DNA of 34,890 bases, taken from the IMG/VR virus record IMGVR_UViG_3300043372_000028; one strand, 5' to 3'. Below, in pieces: positions 9,196 through 17,822 of the stretch. Under the pieces are notes generated by a model. The model ran no database searches, was not told the origin of the DNA, and was given only the letters and a program-made list of their open reading frames with translations. Position 1 is the first letter of the stretch, and each line of letters begins with the position of its first letter. The DNA is from a virus. The position numbers and the translations under genes were made by a program.

Positions 9196-9203
9196 TCAAC
9201 TTG

Positions 9204-9234
9204 AAGGGATCAGGGCAACCTGGTCCCTTTTTTA
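9204..9234 (+). terminator. Rho-independent terminator after the capsid gene
   Basis: 11-bp stem aagggatcagg / cctggtccctt (one G-U pair), loop gcaa, then a 7-T run. Confidence 0.8.
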
Positions 9235-9238
9235 ACGC

Positions 9239-9553
9239 ATGAACAATCAAGTATTTGACGAGAACAAGGAAGCGGGTATCACCCGCTTTTGGCATTTCAA
9301 CGATGAAACCGGCCAGGCAACAATTCAGACTCAGCAGGATGTCACAGCAGTTGTTGAAGCAAATAAAGAGGATTTCAATAAGGTAGATGAGCGTGCAAAC
9401 TGGAGTGGCGAGTGGCATCACGTTGCCAGCATTCCGGAAGCTATCTACTACAAACTCAAAGCCGAGGGCAAGCTGGACGATGATGCGTATATGAAACGCT
9501 GGCTCAATGACCCCGACAACAGATTTTTCAGAACGAGACCTGGACAAGTATGA
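9239..9553 (+). CDS. Hypothetical protein
   Basis: 104 aa, with an ATGA overlap to the next gene. No motif recognised. Confidence 0.6.
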   Translation: MNNQVFDENKEAGITRFWHFNDETGQATIQTQQDVTAVVEANKEDFNKVDERANWSGEWHHVASIPEAIYYKLKAEGKLDDDAYMKRWLNDPDNRFFRTRPGQV

Positions 9554-10215
9554 ATAACTACATTGCAGTCTGCACTCCAGCGCGGGACATGGTCCACGCC
9601 AATTTCACCTACTGCTTGGTGAATATGGTCTGCTACCACACGCTGAACACGACAGATGCAGTGAGTTTGAAAATCATGCAGGGGACGCTGATACAAAACC
9701 AGCGTGCTGATCTGGCGCTGGATGCAATGGCCGAGGGCTGTAGCCATATCCTGTTCATCGACTCCGACATGACATTTCCCCAAGACATGATTGAGCGCCT
9801 GCTCAAGCACGACCTGGACGTTGTGGCAACCAACTGCGCACGCCGACGCATCCCTACCGGACCGACTGCGCAGAAGTACGATTCTGATGGCAAGCGCGAA
9901 CTGATCTACACGATGCCCGAGTCAACCGGCATCGAGGAAGTTGGCAGCATTGGCATGGGCGTGATGCTGATTAAGCGCAACGTCTTTGAGAAGCTGACAG
10001 AACCCTGGTTCGAGACTCCCTGGCGCACCGACGCCCGAGGCTACATCGGGGAGGACATCTTCTTCTGCCGTAAAGCGCAGGACTCAGGGTATAAAATCCA
10101 CATAGACCACGACGTGAGCAAAGAAATCGGCCATATCGGGACGTTTGAGTTCAAACACGATCACACCTGGATGATGCGCGACATCGAGAAGGGAAAGGCA
10201 GAGCATGGCACTTAG
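9550..10215 (+). CDS. Family 2-like glycosyltransferase
   Basis: 221 aa. DxD motif in ILFIDSDMTFPQDMIERLL, and later GEDIFFCRKAQDSGYKIHIDHD, typical of GT-A enzymes. Confidence 0.75.
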   Translation: MNNYIAVCTPARDMVHANFTYCLVNMVCYHTLNTTDAVSLKIMQGTLIQNQRADLALDAMAEGCSHILFIDSDMTFPQDMIERLLKHDLDVVATNCARRRIPTGPTAQKYDSDGKRELIYTMPESTGIEEVGSIGMGVMLIKRNVFEKLTEPWFETPWRTDARGYIGEDIFFCRKAQDSGYKIHIDHDVSKEIGHIGTFEFKHDHTWMMRDIEKGKAEHGT

Positions 10216-10828
10216 CACCTACGCTGAACTAAAAGCCTCGGTTGCCGACTGGCTCAACCGTAGCGATCTCACGTCTGCCATTACCGACTTTGTCTCTCTT
10301 GCTGAAGCGCAGATGGAGCGCGATCTGCGCACCAGGCAGATGATTGTCAGGGCCAATGCCACCATCAGCGACGAGTACAGCGCACTGCCAAGCGACTACC
10401 TAGAGGCCAAATCGTTCAAGCTGACGGGAACAAACCCCATATCGCCGCTGGTATTCCAAAGCATCAACGCACTAGATGACTTGCAAGTCAGTTATAGCGC
10501 CAGCGGCCAGCCTAAATACTTTTGCGTCATCGGTGGACAGATTCGCGTCCTGCCGGTTCCCGATACCTCCTATGTCTCTGAGTTGATCTACTACGCGAAA
10601 CTCAGCAAGCTATCTGACTCAAACACGACCAACTGGTTGCTGACTCTCTCGCCCGACGTTTACCTTTACGGTTCGCTGCTCCAGGCCGCGCCATACCTAC
10701 AGGATGATGCGAGAATCCAGGTATGGGCTGGCCTGTACCAGAAGGGCATAGAAGCACTCAACCTGGCTGATGAGCGCGGTTCCATGACGGGTGGCGCGTT
10801 GATGGCAAGAGCAAGGACATTCGGATGA
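10205..10828 (+). CDS. Putative head-tail adaptor / head completion protein
   Basis: 207 aa. The N-terminal pattern YAELKASVADWLNRSDLTSAITDFVSLAEAQMERDLR recurs in phage connector/adaptor-type proteins, and the position downstream of the capsid fits. Confidence 0.5.
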   Translation: MALSTYAELKASVADWLNRSDLTSAITDFVSLAEAQMERDLRTRQMIVRANATISDEYSALPSDYLEAKSFKLTGTNPISPLVFQSINALDDLQVSYSASGQPKYFCVIGGQIRVLPVPDTSYVSELIYYAKLSKLSDSNTTNWLLTLSPDVYLYGSLLQAAPYLQDDARIQVWAGLYQKGIEALNLADERGSMTGGALMARARTFG

Positions 10829-11016
10829 TAGTGACCACTACAAAAGGTGATATGGATGAATCGCTGCTTGAGAAGCGCGAGGGTTCAGACGAGAATGACA
10901 ACGAGACAATTTCGTTCACTGAGTATTGGCTAGACGGTGAACTGGTGCATAGGTCTGTTCACGTTATGCTCAAGCGCAACGTGTTCAGCGAGGGCATAAC
11001 TCAAATGATTGGATAA
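10825..11016 (+). CDS. Hypothetical protein
   Basis: 63 aa, acidic, with an ATGA overlap to the upstream gene. Confidence 0.5.
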   Translation: MIVTTTKGDMDESLLEKREGSDENDNETISFTEYWLDGELVHRSVHVMLKRNVFSEGITQMIG

Positions 11017-11019
11017 GAA

Positions 11020-11481
11020 ATGGCTAACACGCAAGCAATGTGTACATCGTTCAAGGTTGACTTGCTCAATGCCGTACACGCATTTAATGGGACCGGAGTG
11101 CCAGCGCACACTGTTTCCACCGCCGACACGTTCAAGGCGGCGCTGTACTTGGCAAGCGCCACCGTAAACGCCTCCACAACGGCCTACAGCAGCACTAATG
11201 AGGTAACTGGTACTGGCTATACAGCAGGCGGCGTGACTGTCACCTTTGGCACTGCACCGTCATCTACAAGCACCACGGCATTCATCACGCCCAGCGCGTC
11301 CATTAGTTTCAGCGCAGTCACGTTATCCACCGCGTTTGATGCGGTCCTGATCTACAACTCGACTCAGAGCAACAAGGCGGTGAGCGTCCACACATTTGGA
11401 TCGCAGACAGTCACCGCCGGTACGTTCACTCTGACCATGCCAACCAATGACTCCAGCACCGGCCTGATCCGGTTGGCGTAA
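11020..11481 (+). CDS. Ser/Thr/Ala-rich virion-associated hypothetical protein
   Basis: 153 aa, immediately upstream of the fibre genes. The EVTGTGYTAGGVTV segment is seen in conserved proteins next to tail fibres. Confidence 0.55.
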   Translation: MANTQAMCTSFKVDLLNAVHAFNGTGVPAHTVSTADTFKAALYLASATVNASTTAYSSTNEVTGTGYTAGGVTVTFGTAPSSTSTTAFITPSASISFSAVTLSTAFDAVLIYNSTQSNKAVSVHTFGSQTVTAGTFTLTMPTNDSSTGLIRLA

Positions 11482-11497
11482 CTGAAGGGGCAGCGCC

Positions 11498-12082
11498 GTG
11501 GCTGCATACGGGTCAGGACGATACGGCTACGGCCCTTGGAGCATTGGCGAAGCCAGTGCTGCATTAACGGGCAACGCCTCCACGCTTGCCATCGGTTCCC
11601 TGCTTGCCAGCACATCAATCCAGGAAGATGGGACGGTTGCTACCGGCAGTGTTGGGACTGTAGGCATAACGTACTCAGTTTCCATTACTGGAAATGCATC
11701 CACGGGTTCTATAGGAACCATCCTAGCTGCTCCGATTGCCACCGGCAATAGTGCAACTGGCTCCGTAGGAACGGTGAGTGCTGAAGTCATATCGTTCCAG
11801 GACATCACTGGAGTAGATGGAACTGGCTCAGTTGGCACTGTCGCAAGTGTCATATCAATTGAGATAATTGGGAACAGCGCAACTGGTGCGGTTGGGATAG
11901 TCATTGGGTTTGGGTGGGGCGCGATACCAGATACGTCCGAATCATGGAGCGCGATACCCGATACATCAGAGACGTGGACAGCTATTGCCAATACGTCTGA
12001 GACTTGGACGCCGGTATCTGACACCAGTGAAACATGGACAGATATATCCGATAATGCAACAACGTGGCAAGAGGCCGCATAG
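11498..12082 (+). CDS. Tail fibre-like repeat protein
   Basis: GTG start with GAAGGGG 8 nt upstream. Contains GN(A/S)(S/A)TG(S/A)(V/I)G(T/I)V repeats and five tandem 10-aa repeats of the (I/V)xDTSE(T/S)W type. Confidence 0.65.
   Translation: MAAYGSGRYGYGPWSIGEASAALTGNASTLAIGSLLASTSIQEDGTVATGSVGTVGITYSVSITGNASTGSIGTILAAPIATGNSATGSVGTVSAEVISFQDITGVDGTGSVGTVASVISIEIIGNSATGAVGIVIGFGWGAIPDTSESWSAIPDTSETWTAIANTSETWTPVSDTSETWTDISDNATTWQEAA
11924..12073 (+). repeat. 5 x 30-bp in-frame tandem repeat inside the fibre-like gene
   Basis: Units start at 11924, 11954, 11984, 12014 and 12044. They encode IPDTSESWSA / IPDTSETWTA / IANTSETWTP / VSDTSETWTD / ISDNATTWQE. Confidence 0.85.
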
Positions 12083-12091
12083 AGGTAAATT

Positions 12092-13495
12092 ATGGCAGAT
12101 ACGACAACGACTAACCTACTACTTACCAAGCCCGAGGTAGGAGCCAGCACTGACACTTGGGGAACCAAGATCAACACCGACCTGGACTCAGTGGACGCAA
12201 TATTCGCTGCGGCTGGAACCGGAACTAGCGTTGGTCTCAATGTTGGTGCGGGTAAGGTTTTGACTGTTGGAGGGATTGCCTCTTTTGCAGCAGGCTCTGC
12301 GGCGGCTCCAACGATTACGGCTACTGGTGACACCAATACAGGCATCTTCTTCCCAGCTGCTGACACTATTGCTTTTGCTGAAGGCGGTACAGAAGCTATG
12401 CGAATCACCTCCGCAGGTGGCGTGTCTTTTGGTGCGACTGGCACTGCTTACGGAACTACCGGACAGGTACTGACTAGCCAAGGTAATGCCACACCTATCT
12501 GGGCTGCGGCTAGCACTTCACTTTCGGGCGTTACAGATTCCGCAACACCTTTTGAAACGTCCCTAGGTTCAGGTGCAGGGAATGTGAACACGGGAGTACA
12601 AAACACCTTTATCGGATTTGATGCTGGAAAACTCAACACTACTGGAACAGACAACACGGCAGTTGGTTATCAGGCTTTTGACACCAACGTCAGTGGCCTA
12701 CAAAATACAGCCGTAGGGTCTTTAGCACTTAGTGCTAGCACTAACTCTAACAACACTGCTGTGGGATTTAACGCGCTCGCTGTAACCACCACTGGTGCCA
12801 ATAATGTTGCATTGGGGTCTGAGGCGTTGCTTGCATCAACAACTGCGACCGGTAACATTGCCATAGGAAGATTGGCGTTAGCTACCAATACCACAAATTC
12901 TGGCAACACGGCTGTTGGGACAACTGCTTTGACAGTTGCTACAGCGAATCACAATACAGCTTTTGGAACAGATGCTGGCAAGGCTGTAACTACAGGAACG
13001 CAAAACGTCCTTATTGGACGAAGTGCCGGTAATTCGGGAACAAACGACCTGACCACCGGCTCCAACAACATCATTATTGGTTACAACGCCGCAGCATCCT
13101 CCGCAACAGCTTCCAACGTAATTACCCTTGGGAACAGCAGTATTGCCACTCTGCGCTGCCAAGTCACCACCATTACCGCCCTGTCTGATGCGCGTGACAA
13201 GACCAATGTGGCTGACCTCAGTGCTGGCCTTGGCTTTGTCAATGCACTGCGCCCAGTTAAGTTTGATTGGAATATGCGTGATGGCGGCAAGGTTGGCATA
13301 CCCGATACAGGCTTTATTGCCCAAGACCTCCAATCGGTGCAAGCCACTACTGGAATTGAAATCCCCGACCTTGTTTTTGCTGAAAATCCAGACCGGCTAG
13401 AAGCTGGATACGGCAAGTTAATTCCCGTATTGGTCAAGGCCGTGCAAGAGTTGTCCGCTGAAGTTGAGCGCCTCAAATCTCAAATCAAAGGTTAA
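12092..13495 (+). CDS. Tail fibre with C-terminal intramolecular chaperone (peptidase S74-like) domain
   Basis: 467 aa. The N-terminus [26 protein letters not shown] is typical of fibres. The central region has NTAVG..AL..T.G.NN repeats. The C-terminus reads SDARDKTNV...FIAQDLQ...[15 protein letters not shown]...ERLKSQI, typical of auto-cleaving chaperone domains. Confidence 0.8.
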   Translation: MADTTTTNLLLTKPEVGASTDTWGTKINTDLDSVDAIFAAAGTGTSVGLNVGAGKVLTVGGIASFAAGSAAAPTITATGDTNTGIFFPAADTIAFAEGGTEAMRITSAGGVSFGATGTAYGTTGQVLTSQGNATPIWAAASTSLSGVTDSATPFETSLGSGAGNVNTGVQNTFIGFDAGKLNTTGTDNTAVGYQAFDTNVSGLQNTAVGSLALSASTNSNNTAVGFNALAVTTTGANNVALGSEALLASTTATGNIAIGRLALATNTTNSGNTAVGTTALTVATANHNTAFGTDAGKAVTTGTQNVLIGRSAGNSGTNDLTTGSNNIIIGYNAAASSATASNVITLGNSSIATLRCQVTTITALSDARDKTNVADLSAGLGFVNALRPVKFDWNMRDGGKVGIPDTGFIAQDLQSVQATTGIEIPDLVFAENPDRLEAGYGKLIPVLVKAVQELSAEVERLKSQIKG

Positions 13496-13496
13496 T

Positions 13497-13712
13497 ATGA
13501 AAAACCCAACCCCCGAACAAATCGCCAAACACTACTCAGCCGCAATGGACTCGGTGAACTTGCTCAACGCTGGTAAACCCGCAGACACCACGGATGCGGA
13601 ATGGGCTGATTGCGTCTATCGCAATGTCGAGCATTTGAAGATTATGGTCGCCAAAGACTTCTGGACAACAGAGGACATGGCCCCCTTTAATGCAGCAATT
13701 TCCTCAAACTGA
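13497..13712 (+). CDS. Hypothetical protein
   Basis: 71 aa from ATG 13497, just after the fibre stop. The ORF track's start at 13464 would overlap the fibre gene. Confidence 0.5.
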   Translation: MKNPTPEQIAKHYSAAMDSVNLLNAGKPADTTDAEWADCVYRNVEHLKIMVAKDFWTTEDMAPFNAAISSN

Positions 13713-13732
13713 CACTACCTTGGAGCGCATAA

Positions 13733-13966
13733 ATGGAATTCCAGCCAATGTTCAACTTTATCGGTGGCGCAATCCTGGTTGCCGTTGGCTGGTGGTGCAA
13801 AGAGATATGGGACTCAGTAAAGTCGCTGAAGGAAGACCTAAAAGCCATTGAGATTGATCTGCCAAAGCACTACGTCAGCAAGGCAGACATTGAGAGCCGC
13901 CTGGATAAGATCGACGCAACCTTAGAGCGAATCTTTGACAAGCTAGAAAACAAAGCAGACAAGTGA
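13733..13966 (+). CDS. Small membrane protein with N-terminal TM helix and coiled coil
   Basis: 77 aa, GGAG RBS. TM segment FIGGAILVAVGWWC followed by a charged heptad-like region. Confidence 0.6.
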   Translation: MEFQPMFNFIGGAILVAVGWWCKEIWDSVKSLKEDLKAIEIDLPKHYVSKADIESRLDKIDATLERIFDKLENKADK

Positions 13967-14130
13967 TTGACCAGGTTGTCTCAGCGGAAAGCCCGTGGCC
14001 TAACACTGAGACAAAGACCGTTTTGGTTTGTCGTATTCCTAAAACAGATGAGGACAAGAAGATGGGTGCAAACGAATTCACTGACAAAGACGGACGCATC
14101 TGCCGCTGGGTAGTTGTGAACAAGAAGTAA
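13963..14130 (+). CDS. Possible small protein (55 aa, GTG start), not in the ORF track
   Basis: GTGA overlap at 13963 and a TAATG junction at 14130. It fills a gap, but no motif was recognised. Confidence 0.35.
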   Translation: MIDQVVSAESPWPNTETKTVLVCRIPKTDEDKKMGANEFTDKDGRICRWVVVNKK

Positions 14131-14617
14131 TGGACCCGTTCACCGCATTCGCTATGGCACAAGCTGCCGTTGCTGGCATAAAAAAGCCATTGCTCTTGGT
14201 AAAGACATCCACGGCCTCTACAAAGAATTTAGCAGTTTTTATCAAGCAGCGGATACAGTTCACCTAGCAAGCAGCAAAGCCAGGATTGCTTCAATAGGAA
14301 AATCAAATGCACAGATCAGTTCCGAAGCACTCCAAATTGCACTGGCATCCAAGGCGTTGCGAGAGCATGAGAAGGAACTGAAGGACATCCTTTTCTATAG
14401 TGGCAACGCGCCGGTCTGGGAAGAGATGATGGCAGAGCGCACCAGATTGATAAAAGAGCGCAACACATTGGAAAGAGAAGAAGCGGAACGCAAGCAAAAA
14501 GACAAAGAGATGAAGGTTGCAATTATTATGAACACACTCTGGATTTCCGGTGCATCCGCGATTATTGTTCCACTAGTCAGCATCACGTTTCATGTTATTA
14601 CCAATAGGGGTTTCTAA
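14130..14617 (+). CDS. Membrane protein encoded in two frames: 19 codons in frame 0, then a -1 shift at 14180..14186, then 143 codons
   Basis: ATG 14130 is coupled by TAATG to the upstream ORF. The -1 frame is open from 14120 to 14617 but has no ATG/GTG/TTG before 14357. The joined product, MDPFTAFAMAQAAVAGIKK|AIALGKDIHGLYKEF..., reads as one protein with a C-terminal TM helix. Frame 0 alone ends at TAG 14265..14267 (45 aa). Confidence 0.55.
14180..14186 (+). promoter_or_regulatory. Candidate -1 ribosomal frameshift heptamer A_AAA_AAG (or a homopolymer indel site)
   Basis: In the ATG-14130 frame the codons are ggc atA AAA AAG cca, the X_XXY_YYZ pattern of the E. coli dnaX shift site. Confidence 0.45.
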
Positions 14618-15129
14618 TGATTCCAATCATCGGCGCACTACTCAGCACGTTAGCTGAAAGCGGTTTAGGACTGCTGTCCAGCGCTATCCAGGCCAAGGGC
14701 AAGGAGGTGGTCGAGAACACGCTTGGAATCAAGATTCCCGATAACCCAACTCCCGCTGACGTTGAGCGCCTGCGCGAGTTGCAGTACCAACATGAGGAGC
14801 GCCTGATTGAGTTGGGCATTGAGAAAGCCAAGCTAGAGATGGCCGAGTTGGAACTGCTGGCAAAGGCTGCACAGTCTGATGCGGAGAACGTCACAGACCG
14901 CTGGCAGGCAGACATGAACTCCGACTCTTGGCTCTCAAAGAACATTCGGCCAATGAGCCTGATTGCTATCTTTATGGGGTACTTCCTGTTTGCCATGATG
15001 AGCGCATACGGCCTCAACGCCAATGAGTCCTATGTGACCCTGCTGGGTAACTGGGGGATGCTGATTATGGGTGCGTACTTCGGTGGACGTACTGTCGAGA
15101 AACTTGCTGAGATGAGGAGCAGCAAGTGA
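14617..15129 (+). CDS. Putative holin (multi-TM, resembles the 3-TM holin family linked to gene-transfer-agent release)
   Basis: 170 aa. Hydrophobic N-terminus, charged coiled middle, then DSWLSKNIRPMSLIAIFMGYFLFAMM and LLGNWGMLIMGAYFGG TM helices. It lies two genes upstream of the endolysin. Confidence 0.55.
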   Translation: MIPIIGALLSTLAESGLGLLSSAIQAKGKEVVENTLGIKIPDNPTPADVERLRELQYQHEERLIELGIEKAKLEMAELELLAKAAQSDAENVTDRWQADMNSDSWLSKNIRPMSLIAIFMGYFLFAMMSAYGLNANESYVTLLGNWGMLIMGAYFGGRTVEKLAEMRSSK

Positions 15130-15356
15130 AAGCAAAACTGACGTTCCTCGTGACCTTGATGGTCAGCTTTACGCTGTGCGTTGTCATTATTGGAATGGTC
15201 GCGGTGCTGATGGCTGGCCTGTTTGACCCAATCGTGGACAACGGCGAAATCTTCAAGCTCATCAGCCCTGCTTTCCAGACCATCGTCGGTGGCTTCATTG
15301 GATTGCTGGCGGGTGTGAAACTGTCCCACGGAGAGAAAGAAGAGGAGCCAAAATGA
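15126..15356 (+). CDS. Small two-TM membrane protein (possible holin/antiholin partner)
   Basis: 76 aa, GTG start in a GTGA overlap. Two hydrophobic helices and a charged C-terminus, EKEEEPK. Confidence 0.5.
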   Translation: MKAKLTFLVTLMVSFTLCVVIIGMVAVLMAGLFDPIVDNGEIFKLISPAFQTIVGGFIGLLAGVKLSHGEKEEEPK

Positions 15357-15691
15357 GCCTAAGTCAAGAGCAAGCAGCTTTCCTGCTGGATATGTGCAAG
15401 CTGATTCAGTACGCAACTGACCAGGGTTTCATGGTCACTGGTGGCGAGTTAGCCCGTACACCGGAGCAGCAGGCCATCTACGTCAAAACAGGCCGGTCTA
15501 AGACCATGAATTCCATCCACCTCAAGCGGTGCGCGATGGACTTGAATTTTTTCAAGGATGGAAAAATTGTTTGGGATAAAACAATCCTTGCTCCTGTTGG
15601 CGCGTACTGGGAAAGCCTGTACCCTAAGAATCGGTGGGGCGGCAACTTCCGTTCATTGGTAGACTGTCCTCACTTTGAACGCAACGTATGA
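15353..15691 (+). CDS. Endolysin, peptidase M15 (VanY / L-alanyl-D-glutamate peptidase-like)
   Basis: 112 aa. Zinc-ligand pattern SIHLKRCAMDL (H-x6-D) plus DCPHFE, and RTPEQQ upstream. Typical of small M15 cell-wall peptidases. Confidence 0.8.
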   Translation: MSLSQEQAAFLLDMCKLIQYATDQGFMVTGGELARTPEQQAIYVKTGRSKTMNSIHLKRCAMDLNFFKDGKIVWDKTILAPVGAYWESLYPKNRWGGNFRSLVDCPHFERNV

Positions 15692-16341
15692 GCGACTACA
15701 GCGGCCAGATCACAACGCCAGCGCAGCCGAATATCGGAAACCCTGGTGATGCATATGACCGCCTGTTCTTCAGCCAGACACTCAGCAATATCGGGAACTA
15801 CGCCAGCCGCGTCACAAACGCCTTAGCAGCGTTATTTGGACCGCGTGGAGGCAAGTACATCAACGCCCCTTATGGCGCGTTCCAGGACGGCACAGACCAG
15901 GTCGCGGCTAACACCACAACCGCCTACGCCATCACGTTTAACACTACAGATTTCAACAACGGCGTCACTCTCTCAAACTCATCCAGGCTGAATGTATCGC
16001 AGTCGGGTATATACAACGTCCAGTTTTCTATCCAGTTTACGAACACGACAAACGCATCTCAAGACGTTGACGTTTGGTTCAGAAAGAATGGAACAAACAT
16101 TGACAAGTCGAACTCAAGGTTTGGGTTTGCACCCAGAAAAGGCGCTGGCGATCCGTTCCACATAATTGCCGCAATGAACTTCTTTGTCAACCTTAACGCA
16201 AACGATTATGTGGAAATCATGTGGCGGCCTACTGATGTCGGAGTGTCGATTGAGCAGTATCCGGCAGGCACTTCTCCAACCAGGCCAGCAGTACCGTCGG
16301 CCATCGTTACACTGTCGTTTGTCTCCAACCTATCGGTGTAA
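15688..16341 (+). CDS. Putative receptor-binding / fibre protein with a C-terminal jelly-roll (C1q/TNF-like) look
   Basis: 217 aa. The C-terminal half, GIYNVQFSIQF...DVDVWFRKNGTNI...DYVEIMW, resembles C1q-like beta-sandwich domains. By-eye judgement only. Confidence 0.4.
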   Translation: MSDYSGQITTPAQPNIGNPGDAYDRLFFSQTLSNIGNYASRVTNALAALFGPRGGKYINAPYGAFQDGTDQVAANTTTAYAITFNTTDFNNGVTLSNSSRLNVSQSGIYNVQFSIQFTNTTNASQDVDVWFRKNGTNIDKSNSRFGFAPRKGAGDPFHIIAAMNFFVNLNANDYVEIMWRPTDVGVSIEQYPAGTSPTRPAVPSAIVTLSFVSNLSV

Positions 16342-16343
16342 TC

Positions 16344-17822
16344 ATGGCACTCATCCCCTTAAAAATTCCACCAGGCGTCTACCGCAACGGCACTGAATAT
16401 CAGTCTGCTGGACGCTGGTACGACTCAAACCTGGTGCGCTGGTTTGAGAATACGCTGCGACCCATTGGCGGGTGGCGGGTCAAGTCCACGTCTGCCATGA
16501 CTGGTAAGTGCCGAGGGTTTATCACTTGGCGAGATAACAGCGCGGCACGTTTTGCTGCCGCCGGTACTCAATCCAAGTTGTACGCGATGAATGTCGGGGG
16601 TACGCTGAAGGACATCACGCCGACAGGGTTCACCGCGGGTTCCGCTGATGCTACTTCCACAACCGGATATGGTTACTCCACTTATGGAAATTTATCGTAT
16701 GGAACTGCTCGTACTGACACCGGATCAATACCGGCCACAACTTGGAGCCTGGACACCTGGGGAGAGTACCTGGTTGCGTGCAGCAGCACCGACGGCAAGC
16801 TATACGAGTGGCAGCTAGGTTTCACAACGCCTACGCTGGCGGCAGTTATCACGAACGCACCGACAGGCTGCGCGGCGTTGATGGTCACCAACGAGCGCAT
16901 TATGTTTGCCCTTGGCGCCTCGGGAAACCCGCGCTTGGTGAAGTGGTGCGATCAGGAAAACAATACAACCTGGACGGCGGCAGCCACCAACCAGGCGGGT
17001 GACTTTGAACTGACAACGCCAGGGTCGCTAAGGTGCGGCAAGCGCGTGCGTGGCGTAAACATCCTATTCACCGACACCGACGCGCACGTTGCCAGCTACA
17101 TCGGCCTACCTTACGTTTACAGCTTTGAGAAGGTGGGCAGCGGGTGCGGCGTCATCTCCTCGCAGGCGGTGGCGGCCATCGACACGTCCGCGATGTGGAT
17201 GTCTACCGCAGGTTTCTGGAGTTACGACGGGTTCGTTAAGCCCATGACGTGCGAAGTTGGAGACTACGTCTTCAACAACATGAATCTGAACCAGGCATCC
17301 AAAGTCTACGCCGTCCATAACTCTAGCTATGGAGAGGTGACCTGGTTCTACCCATCACTATCCTCAACCGAATGTGATAGTTATGTCACGTACAACTATC
17401 GGGAAGGTACATGGTATTTCGGACTGATGGCACGCACCGCGGGAACAGACCGAGGCGTTTTTCTCAATCCTATGATGGTTGGCACTGACGGGTACATCTA
17501 CGACCACGAGGTTGGATACACATACGACTCGGTGGCTCCCTACGCGCAGTCCGGTCCAATTGAACTCGGGAACGGCGACAACGTCATGTCCGTGAGATCG
17601 GTAATCCCTGACGAGCAGACTCTGGGCGAGGTCGCCATCTCTTTCACGGCCAGGTTGTACCCGACATCAGCAGAGACAAGCTACGGCCCATTCAGCGCCA
17701 AAGCGCCAACCGATACAAGATTCTCTGGCCGGTCAGTCAAGATGAAGGTTACCGGCAATGTCCTGGACGATTGGCGGGTTGGCGTAATGCGGTTGGAGGC
17801 TACGTCGGCAGGGAAGCGGTAA
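16344..17822 (+). CDS. Virion tail protein (putative tail tubular/nozzle-type)
   Basis: 492 aa. The N-terminus MALIPLKIPPGVYRNGTEYQSAGRWYDSNLVRW is a pattern I associate with podovirus tail proteins. Function is inferred from position and size. Confidence 0.5.
   Translation: MALIPLKIPPGVYRNGTEYQSAGRWYDSNLVRWFENTLRPIGGWRVKSTSAMTGKCRGFITWRDNSAARFAAAGTQSKLYAMNVGGTLKDITPTGFTAGSADATSTTGYGYSTYGNLSYGTARTDTGSIPATTWSLDTWGEYLVACSSTDGKLYEWQLGFTTPTLAAVITNAPTGCAALMVTNERIMFALGASGNPRLVKWCDQENNTTWTAAATNQAGDFELTTPGSLRCGKRVRGVNILFTDTDAHVASYIGLPYVYSFEKVGSGCGVISSQAVAAIDTSAMWMSTAGFWSYDGFVKPMTCEVGDYVFNNMNLNQASKVYAVHNSSYGEVTWFYPSLSSTECDSYVTYNYREGTWYFGLMARTAGTDRGVFLNPMMVGTDGYIYDHEVGYTYDSVAPYAQSGPIELGNGDNVMSVRSVIPDEQTLGEVAISFTARLYPTSAETSYGPFSAKAPTDTRFSGRSVKMKVTGNVLDDWRVGVMRLEATSAGKR

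Noticed and set aside
11527-12444. 305-aa minus-strand ORF antisense to both tail-fibre genes
   Set aside because: It mirrors the Gly/Thr/Ser/Ala codon repeats of the fibre genes. Its P/V/A/S-rich translation is a by-product of those repeats, with no start context.
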